The notes under the pieces: generated by a model
Databases searched by the model: none
What the model was told of the DNA's origin: nothing
Seen by the model: only the letters and a program-made list of their open reading frames with translations
Made by a program: the position numbers and the translations under genes
From: Octopus vulgaris
Taxonomy: Eukaryota
Length of the DNA: 64,000 nt
NCBI GenBank assembly: GCA_951406725.2
Contig: OX597818.1
Coordinates: forward strand, 30,814,001-30,878,000
Reading direction: 5' to 3'
In this document: piece by piece, positions 54,731-64,000 of the stretch
Numbering within the stretch: the stretch's first letter is position 1
How the letters are laid out: each line of letters begins with the position of its first letter

Positions 54731-54984
54731 ATTCAAGAAAAATAGTTTTAGTGCATTAAAACTTAAAGGAGGCCCAACTTTACAATGGACCAGAGGTGAT
54801 TTCTTTTGAAAGAGTTTTTTGAAGAAAATTGCATCTTATATGCCATCAAATACAGTATGTTTAGATTTGTACCTACTGTCAAGGATGTTTGAACATGTTT
54901 GTAGATGAGGGGAAAAGATGAGGACTGAGCTTTTCTCTGTCCTCTTTACACTGTTGGATATACTTTCTTAAATGGCAAAAATGA

Positions 54985-55432
54985 ATGGGCATGGACACAT
55001 TGAAACTCCGACGTCTGGCAGCTGACTTGGCAGACACCCATAAAATTATTAACCATCTTACAAACAATAACTCTGAGCACCTTTTCAAACTCCACCCGTC
55101 TAACACCCGTGGACATATTTACAAAGTCAGAAAACAGCACAGCTCCCCTAGACTTTCAGAAACATTTTTTCATGCTGAGAGTTGCTGAAGCATGGAGCAA
55201 ACTGCCGGCATCAGTTGTTAGTTGTCGGAGCACTGCATCCTTCAAAACTTCCATGCTTTCTGAGATTTGCCAACACTACACCTGATTTTCTCCCCTCTAT
55301 GCACACACAAGCATGTATCTGACTCATACACTGTTTGCTTTCCAGACATTTGTACATTACTGCATATACTTTGTACGCACTGTCTGACAAGTTGTGGTGC
55401 ACCTGAGCACTGTATACAATAATTTCATTATT
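54985..55432 (+). mobile_element. CR1-like LINE 3' fragment
   Basis: Near-identical to about 5860-6310. Confidence 0.85.
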
Positions 55433-55913
55433 AATCAAACCAAATCAAAATCGATGAACATCAATGGAATTTGTATCCTTGTGGTACCAGTGCCGGTGGC
55501 ACATAAGAAAACCATCTGAGCGTGACCGTAGCCAGTACCGCATCGACTGGCCTCCGTGCTGAGGGCACGTAACAAACACCATTCGAGCGTGGCCGTTTGC
55601 CAGCCTCGTCTGGCACCTGTGTTGGTGGCACATAAAAACACCATCCGAGCGTGGCTGTCTGCCAGCCTCGTCTGGCACCTGTGTCGGTGGCACATAAAAA
55701 CACCATCCGAGCGTGGCCGTCTGCCAGCCTCTGCTGGCACCTCTGTCGGTGGCACATAAAATCACCCACTACACTCTCGGAGTGGTTGGCGTTAAGAAGG
55801 GCATCCAGCTGTAGAAACACTGCCAGATCTGACTGGCCTGGTGCAGCCTTCGAGCTTGCCAGACCCTAGGTGAACCGCCCAACCCATGCTAGCATGGAAA
55901 GCGGATGTTAAAC

Positions 55914-55947
<34 letters not shown>

Positions 55948-56052
55948 AAGGAAAGTTCTTAATTAAAATGGAGTTATGCTTATTGAAATTTAACTACTAA
56001 GGTGGAAAAATTTAATTATTTGTTTCTTCTCTTTTTTTCTTTTTCTTTTCAG

Positions 56053-56192
56053 ATGTTACTCGTTCATTGATTGGGTCTTTGATCTGGTTCAGCATCATGA
56101 TTGTATGGATTATAATTTTTCAGATGAAACGAGCTGAATGGGGAGCTGTGGCTGATTACATGTCTTTCATCATTCCTACAGGCAGAGCGTAA
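56053..56192 (+). CDS. PSENEN: PEN-2 coding exon 3
   Basis: Long pyrimidine tract then cag; YVTRSLIG...FQMKRAEWGAVADYMSFIIPTGRA-TAA (DYLSF-like motif); total CDS 306 nt = 101 aa; AATAAA at 56294-56299. Confidence 0.96.
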
Positions 56193-57339
56193 CTTTCTAC
56201 AAGTGACTTAACAAGTCATATAGAAGTATGGTTGTCAGTCAATAACTGCCAACTGACATTTTTGCTCTGTGGCCACAGTGGTTGCTGATCTGTAATAAAC
56301 TTGAACTTGCTCTGAGAGAAAAAGAGAGTATGTGTGTGTGTGTGTGTTACAAAGTAAAAGAGTGAAACCTGTAAAATATCTGCGAATGAATACTCATGTA
56401 CTGAGAGTTCCTATTGACTTAAATCGAACTGGAGACTATTTTACCTATATGGTCTTTGATTAAAATAACATCACATATAACTTGAATAATTGTCCTTATT
56501 GTAATTAAAGTCCCTCAAATAGCCTATGTGTTTAATCAACAAACTTTATTTATGTCCGCAGAGATGTTGCATGAGGATTATGGGTCATATCAGAGGTGAC
56601 TCCCGGTCATCAGTGTTACTTGGGCTCATCATAGATTTTGCATGAGACACATGTCTGCTCAAAATATTTCATGTTTTTCTGCTTTATTTCTAGCCCCAAA
56701 TGACTTATTTTTTTTTATATCTAGCATTATGTCTTTTTCCATTTCTAAGTTAAGGATAAAATAAAGCAACCCTGCAAAACACAACTGATCTTTACACATA
56801 GGCACACAGAATAACAGCAATCAAATAATGACAGTGGAGTGTGCAACAAACAGCGATTTGATTGTCGCCTGTACTCTTGACAAGAGATGTCAGTTAGTTT
56901 TTTACACCTACTAGGCTCATTCGTATTAGCCCAAGTTGCTGGATAAATTTTCGTTCTTTTAAGAATATTGTAGAACGGAAGCTTTTCATTGATTGGAATT
57001 TAAATACTAATCTCTACAGAAATTTTTTGTTTCAAGAAAACTGGCTGTAACTTCTGAGCCTGAGTCAGGCGCGTGTGAACGATGTTAAGAGAATGTCTGC
57101 TATGAATAATATTTTTTGACACTGGGCACTTCTAAGACACTGCCAGACACTGAATGAAAAATAAATGAACTGCAGCCAGGCTCAATAAAAGGAGCCCGAG
57201 TTATTGGCCGAAATTACTTTCTTGAAGTCAGTGTTGGTAGAAATTAAATCAGCTTGCAAATACATGTTCACTTTACTAAATTTATATTTGGGCTAAGGCT
57301 CAACAGCCCGATTGCTAGAGTCGCCACTGACTCATATAT

Positions 57340-59050
57340 ATGCGATGGGTGTGCGAATGGCCCCCTCCTTTGCCAACCTAGTCATGGGATATCTAGAAAT
57401 CAGTCTGTGTCATAAGGTTCTAGAAAGATATGGCAGCCCTTTCTCCCTCTACATAGAAAACAACTGGAAGAGGTACCTAGATGACTGTTTCATTCTTTAG
57501 CATGAAAATATGGAGAAACTCAAAGAATTCCAAGCAATTTTAAATGGACTGGACGTAAACATCCAATTCATGATGGAATATAGCCAGCAACAACTCCCCT
57601 TCCTCAACATCCTCATTAAGAAATCTAATAACATAATAGAAACAGATATATACTATAAGCCTACAGATTCCAAGCAATATCTACCATTCAATTCATGCCA
57701 CCCCAGACACCAGAATGAATGTCCCCTACAATCTAGCAAAAAGGATATGTATTATAGTTTCTAATGCAAACACCAGAGACACATGACTACATGAACTAAA
57801 AGATACACTCATCACCAGGAACTACCCACCTTCACTAATTGACATATGCATTCAACTCAACATCCAGGAACTCAGACATCTCAAATTAAAGAAAAATTTA
57901 CAACAAAAAGCCTTACCATACATCTCCACACAACCCTCTCAACAATGAAGCCTTCGACACCATCCTCCAAAACATACCCCTGCTAAAAAAAGGACCACAG
58001 AATGAACTTAATCCTCCAAACACACACGATCATAAAAAGCAAGAGACAGCCCAAATCTATGAAAAGTCTCCTAACACAAGCCCGAATACGCTCAACAACA
58101 CAGAAGCCGACAGTAAAAAAATGTGGAAGACCCAATTGAGGGATCGGAGTTCTCCTTCAAACAGGGACAACGTTTCACAGTGAAAAGCAACTTCACATGT
58201 GCTTCGGAGAACCTGATATACACACTAACCTGCTCTGGGTGTCAAGAGCAATACATAGGCCAAACAAAAAATAGTTTACGTAAAAGAATGGCCCTGCACA
58301 GATCCCAGATAAAAATTCCCCAAAACAGAAAAATAGCATTTAGCCAACACGTAGACATTTGCACCAACAACAAAACTCCAAGCTTCAGGATTTTCCCCCT
58401 CTACCAATTCAGGGACGATACAACCTGGAGCCAACAAATTAGTAAAGAAACTCTCTTTATTATAAAATACAGGCCCCTTCTGAACAACATATCCACCTTT
58501 GCCTTAGAATAACACAAATACACACTGCAAATATTACATTCCTAAGAATCCATTAAAAATCAGCCCCAATCACTGCCAACTTTAAGTCATTCAACACCTC
58601 ACTACTTTCGCTCATTCATATTCTCCCTTCTTCTTCTTCCTTTCTCCTTCCTTCTTCCTAACTTTATCACTAATGCTTTTTAGTATAACACCTAAGCAAA
58701 TTCTATAAACAAAACATTCAATAGAAATATTTTCATGTATTGAACAGCAACTGCTAGCCTCCACTGACCATTCAAAATACTACAATCATGACACTCCCAA
58801 ATTCTTCTCCCCTCTCCTCCTCCTCCTCTTCCTCCTTCTTCCCTACCAGAGTAAACAAGAGAGACAGAAAGGCAGAAACAAGGAAAATGCCACTTATATT
58901 TGAACACTATACAAATATTCTTTTTAAAAAATTTTTCTAAATTTAATTATTTAATTGTTACAGTTGAAAAAGTCTCAATGACTGAAACCGGTACTGAAGT
59001 GTTCTTTATAAAATTATTTTAGCATTTTCTATCCTGACTTGTGTTTTCAT
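57340..59050 (+). mobile_element. Second Penelope-like element, 5'-truncated and decayed
   Basis: MG.RMAPSFANLVMGYLE, WKRYLDDCF, IYYKPTDSKQYL..SCHP, NLIYTLTCSGCQEQYIGQTK; stops and frameshifts. Confidence 0.9.
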
Positions 59051-59749
59051 ATATATTATATATATATTTATTTATTTGAAAGTCTTTGTGAAAATTACCT
59101 AACATAGTTCTTAAGCATAAAAGGGATTAAAAAAAAATTCTTTTTTCAAAATCTTGGAAGAAGATTTTTCGTAGTTTGTGTGTGTGTATATATATAGTGC
59201 AAAGATAATCTGGAACTCAACTGAGGATAGAAAACTCCGTATGATCTGTCCTTGTTTTCTTTTTATCGCCTGTCTGGATATTTTGTTGTCCCTTTTTTGT
59301 ATCACCTAACTGTCTGGATGTTTTGCATTCTTGTCCCACTTTTGTATTTATATATATATATATATATAGAATATGAGGGATTTAGTTCACTGATGATCTA
59401 AATGAATATGTACATTATGTAAGTGCTATAACTGGTCATCCGTTAGGTCCAAGTTCACAGCTGATTCTGGAGCTAGGGATATATAATGAGCTTCTGAGTT
59501 AGCAGGTATTCCTCTTCATCATCATCATCATCATCGTTTAACGTCCGTTTTCCGCGTTAGCACGGGTTGGACAGTTCGACCGGAGTCTGGGAAGCCAGGG
59601 CTGCACCAGGCTCCAGTCTGATCTGACAGTATTTCTACAGCTGGATGCCCTTCCTAACGCCAACCACTCCGTGAGTGTAGTGGGTGCTTTTTACGTGCCA
59701 CCTGCACAGGTGACAAGGGGGGGGGGTCTGGCGATCATATATATAACCT

Positions 59750-60540
59750 AAATTATGTGAAGTAATTTACATATCTTGGTAGTAAAGTGAATTTGAGCGC
59801 TTCCCTTCATGATGATATCAACTGTCTTGCAAAGGCAACCAATGCATTTGGCCAACTCTATCATCACCTATGGAATGAAAGGGCCATCAAACTTGACACC
59901 AAAGTACAGGTCCATAAAGCTGCCATTCTTTCTACTCTCTTGTATGGCATGGAATCATGGATACCTTATAGACGACACATTAACCAACTAGACATCTCTC
60001 ACAAAGGCTCTCTAAGGACAATCTGTGGTTATTCACTAAAAGGCTGTTTTGCAAGTGTAAGATTGATGGAATCAAGTACTTCCTTATGCAATCACAATTG
60101 TGCTGGGCTGGCCATGTCGTCAGAATGAGTGACAAAAGAATACTCAAAGTCCTCATGTACAGCCAGCTTGATAGTGGGCACAGGAATTTTGGTCGATCAT
60201 GGCTCAGATATAGGGACAAGCTGAAGAGTAACCTCTTAGAAATGAAGGTAGCTCACAACACCTTTGAGCGAACAGCCTTGGAGTGAAGAAAATGGAGATG
60301 TCTCAAAATGGTAATAGAAACTTTGTTGCAACCAGCATTAACAAGCTTTGTGGTGCAAGGCAAAGGAGAAAAGCAGCTGCAAATATACCACCTACACTGA
60401 CCTATAATCCTCATACTTGCAGGATCTGTGGGGTTTGTTGCAAATCGTTGGTAGGACATAAGTGTTGCATTAGACATAAGCATTATGACTGACAAAGAAA
60501 GAGTAGGTTGGATCCTCATACGTCGGAACTGATGGGTGAA
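59750..60540 (+). mobile_element. RTE (BovB-like) LINE C-terminal fragment
   Basis: FTYLGS..AKATNAFGQL..TKVQVHKAAILSTLLYGMESW, QLCWAGHVVRM, terminal CxxC..H motif. Confidence 0.85.
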
Positions 60541-60543
60541 TCC

Positions 60544-60607
<64 letters not shown>

Positions 60608-60614
60608 GAGGTAT

Positions 60615-60833
60615 GAAATTCGGATGGTTTTATATTTACAGATATTTATTTGTATATTACATGTTTTTATACATCATATATTAGTGCTTTCTCCCATTCT
60701 AGTGGGGTTTTCAAATCGAACTAAAACCCCACTAGAATGGGAGAAAGTGCTAATATATGATCTAAGTTATATGCTGTATAAAAACATGTAATATACAAAT
60801 AACTATCTGTAAATATAAAACCATCCGTATTTC
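60615..60833. repeat. Near-perfect foldback hairpin between (TA)n arrays
   Basis: Left arm 60615-60711, 11-nt loop, right arm 60723-60833 with a small insertion. Confidence 0.9.
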
Positions 60834-60894
60834 TTCTAATATAAAATACCTGTACATCATCTCCAAACCTTCCAATATATATATATATATATAT

Positions 60895-63363
60895 CTGCTA
60901 TGTTCCTCACAGGTACAAGATTTTCTGGGCAGGGAACGCTGACGGTGTCGGGGCGTGGGTATACTTCTTGCGGAGAAATCGGTGGATAAGATAATCGAGG
61001 TAGTCAGAGTATGCGATAGACTACTTAAGATTAGATTAGTGCTACATCATGGGTTAGCAACCATTATTTTGGCCTATGCCCCTCAGCCGGGGCTACTTGA
61101 TTCACAGAAAGACTGATTTTATGACACCCTTTTGCAGACTACCTCGTTGACGAATGACAGGGACCGTCTCTTGGACAGAGATTTAGAGACGAATTACTCG
61201 AAGCCTTTGACGAATTGGAGGGGGATATAGCATCACATGATGTGGAAGACAACTGGAGATTTCTATGGGACCTGCTGAGGGCCACTGAACAGATCTGTGG
61301 ATGGTGCAAACTCCCCTCTCGACCCAAGATAATGTGGTAGTGGAATAATGTTGACAGGGCTATTAGGGAAACGAAACAGGCTCGGAAGGACTGGAAGAAT
61401 GGTGGTAGCAGGGAATTGTATCAGACTGCCAGAAAGGAAGCTGAGAGACAGATTTATTTAGCCAGAGGGGAATCAGATAAGAAAAAAAATTGCCAATGTT
61501 CTGCGCCGTGAGGACCAAAGCCTTGAGGTATTTTGTGTTGCAAGACAGTGTGTGAGAGAGAATCGTGATGTAGGAGAGAAATGTGTTCGCATGGATGATG
61601 GTTCACTTGCATTAAACGAGGCTGCAAAGAGAGGTTTGGAGACGCCACTACGAAAGGTTGCTCAATAAAGAGAATGAATGGGAGAAAGAGAGTGTGCCGA
61701 ATGTCGACCAACAGAGGGACCAGCTATCCGAATTGACAGTACCTTGGTAGATAAAGCAATTAAAGGTATGAAGACAGGGAAAGCCCCTGGTCCATCAGGA
61801 ATCACTGCAGAGATGCTCAAAATATCTGTCTGTGTTAGCTATAGTCATCCGTATAGTTAACCTGGTGATACATGAAGGAGTCATACCCAATGACTGGTGT
61901 AGCAGCACGATAGTCAACTGCTACAAAAGTAAAGGCGACGCTTTAGATACAAATAATTATAGAGGTATCAAGTTGTTGGATCAAGTAATGAAGGTCACGG
62001 AGAGGGCCATAGCCCAACTAATTAGGGAGAGAGTCAGTTTAGATAAAATGCAGTTTGGGTTCGTGCCAGGGAAAAGCACCATTGATGCTATATTTCTGGT
62101 AAGACAGCTGCAAGAGAAATACCTAGCCAAAGATAAACCTCTGTATCTGGCTTTCGTTGACGTGGGGAAAGCCTTTGACAGGGTCGCCCGATCCCTTATC
62201 TGGTGGTCAATGAGGAAACTAGGGATAGATGAATGGTTAGTGAGAGCTGTGCAAGCTATGTACTGGGATGCTGTCAGTAAGGTGAGGGTTGACAACGAGT
62301 ACAGTGCAAAATTCCGTGTAGGGGTACGGGTCCACCAAGGATCAGTCCTCAGCCCCCTCTTATTCATCATAGTCCTCCAGGCATTAACAGGAATTCAAGA
62401 CAGGATGCACCTGGGAGCTCCTCTATGCTGATGACCTTGCTATAATTGTTGAGTTGCTATCAGAACTAGAGGAGAAGTTTCAGGTGTGGAAGTAAAGATT
62501 AGAATCGAAGGGCCTTAGAGTCATCCTAGCTAAAATCAAAGTCTTAATAAGTAGGAAGGCAAACCACTAATCCCTTTGGGTAGATGGTCTTGCTCGTTCC
62601 GTAGAAAAGACGTAGCGAGAAACTCCATATGATGTACCCACTGTAAGCTATGGACACATAAGTGGTGCAGCAATATCAAAGGAAGGCTAACTGGGAAGAT
62701 AGTTTTCGTATGTGGCAAATGTTTAGGAGCAATAAACTCTAAAAAGGAGCAGAGAACAGCTTCTGTCACATTCCAGAAAAACAACAAGTAGGTGACAGCT
62801 TCCGTTACCTAGGTGACTCAGTACCCCTTATTCATTGGACAATGAACTTTGCTTGCGAAGACCTATTGAGGCGATGTAAACAAATCAAAATCGCTGACGT
62901 GGCCGATGACAGTACCGCCTGATGGGCACTCGTGCCAGTGGAACGTTAAAAGCACATCCGTGCGTGATCGTTGCCAGGGCCACGGATGGCTCCCGTGCTA
63001 TTGACCCGTGAAAAGCACCATTCGAGCGTGATCGTCGCCTTACCGGCACATGTGCCGGTGGCACGTGAAAAACAACATTTGAGCGAGGTCGTTGTCAGTT
63101 CTGCCGAACTGGCTCCTGTGCAGGTAGCACGTAAAAACCCCTTTTGAGCGTGGTCGTTGCCAGAACCGCCTGACTTTTCCTCGTGCCGGTGGAACGTAAA
63201 AGCACCCACTACACTCTAGGAGTGGTTGGTGTTAGGAAGGGCATCCAGCTGTAGAAACTTTGCCAGATCAGATTGAGCCTGGTGCAGCATTCTGGCTCAC
63301 CAGTCCTCAGTCAAACCGTTCAACCCATGCCAGCATGGAAAGCAGACGTTAAACGATGATGAT
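60895..63363 (+). mobile_element. Decayed RTE LINE (RT domain, internal deletion, repeat-containing 3' UTR, (GAT)n tail)
   Basis: KAPGPSGI, NYRGIKLL, QFGFVPGKSTIDAIF, AFVD..KAFDRV, VHQGSVLSPLLF, LYADD. Confidence 0.92.
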
Positions 63364-63373
63364 ATATATATAT

Positions 63374-63542
63374 AGGTGCAGGAGTGACTGTGCGCCAAGT
63401 AGCTTGCTTACCAGCCACATGGTCCCGGGTTCAGTCCCATTGCGTAGCACCTTGGGCAAGTGTCTTCTACTATAGCCTTCGGGCCGATCAAAGCCTTGTG
63501 TGTAGATTTGGTAGACGGAAACTGAAAGAAGCCCGTCGTATG

Positions 63543-63588
<46 letters not shown>

Positions 63589-63803
63589 GAATATGTTTGT
63601 GTGTCTGTGTTTGTCCACCCAACATCGCTCGAGAACTGATGCTGGTATGTTTACGACCCCGTAAATTAGCTGTTCGGCAAAAGAGACCGATAGAATAAGT
63701 ACTAGGCTTACAAAGAATAAGTCCTGGGAGCGATTTGCTTGACTAAATGCGGTGCTGCAGCATGGCCGCAGTCAAATGACTGAAACAAATAAAAGAATAA
63801 AAG
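63374..63803 (+). mobile_element. Full-length SINE family A with internal (CA)n
   Basis: tRNA-like head with B box GGTTCAGTCCC, central microsatellite, 3' half ending AAAAGAATAAAAG. Confidence 0.85.
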
Positions 63804-64000
63804 AATGTGTGTGTCTGTTTCTTTGTCTGCGAACACTCACAGATTGACGTCTGGTGTCAGTTTGTTTATATCCCTGTAAGGTAGCGGTTCGGCAAAAATG
63901 AACGATAGAGTAAGTACCAGGATTAAAATCCGTCAAAGTGGTGTCCCAACATAGTCGTAGACCAATGGCTGAAAAAATGTAAATGGTGAAAGATAATCTG

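Overview
AT-rich, repeat-dense animal genomic DNA. The repeat families and huge (TA)n/(TG)n arrays suggest an octopus or related cephalopod, which is inferred and not database-checked. Three spliced genes can be reconstructed by hand: ETHE1 persulfide dioxygenase (+; six coding exons found, first exon not located), U2AF1/U2AF35 (-; complete, about 253 aa) and PSENEN/PEN-2 (+; complete, 101 aa). ETHE1 and U2AF1 are tail-to-tail with only 155 nt between stops. U2AF1 and PSENEN are head-to-head, like human U2AF1L4-PSENEN. The most striking feature is an apparent alternative-splicing module in U2AF1. It has a tandemly duplicated, frame-enforced mutually exclusive exon pair (77 and 74 nt) encoding UHM helix A, a different exon from the vertebrate 3/Ab pair. 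It also has one strong and two weaker microexon candidates, all in an unusually transposon-poor 12.6-kb region. The rest is tRNA-derived SINEs, RTE/CR1 LINE fragments, two Penelope-like elements with degenerate hammerhead motifs, hAT/piggyBac MITEs, foldback hairpins and micro/minisatellites. Most long ORFs in the track are microsatellite artefacts.
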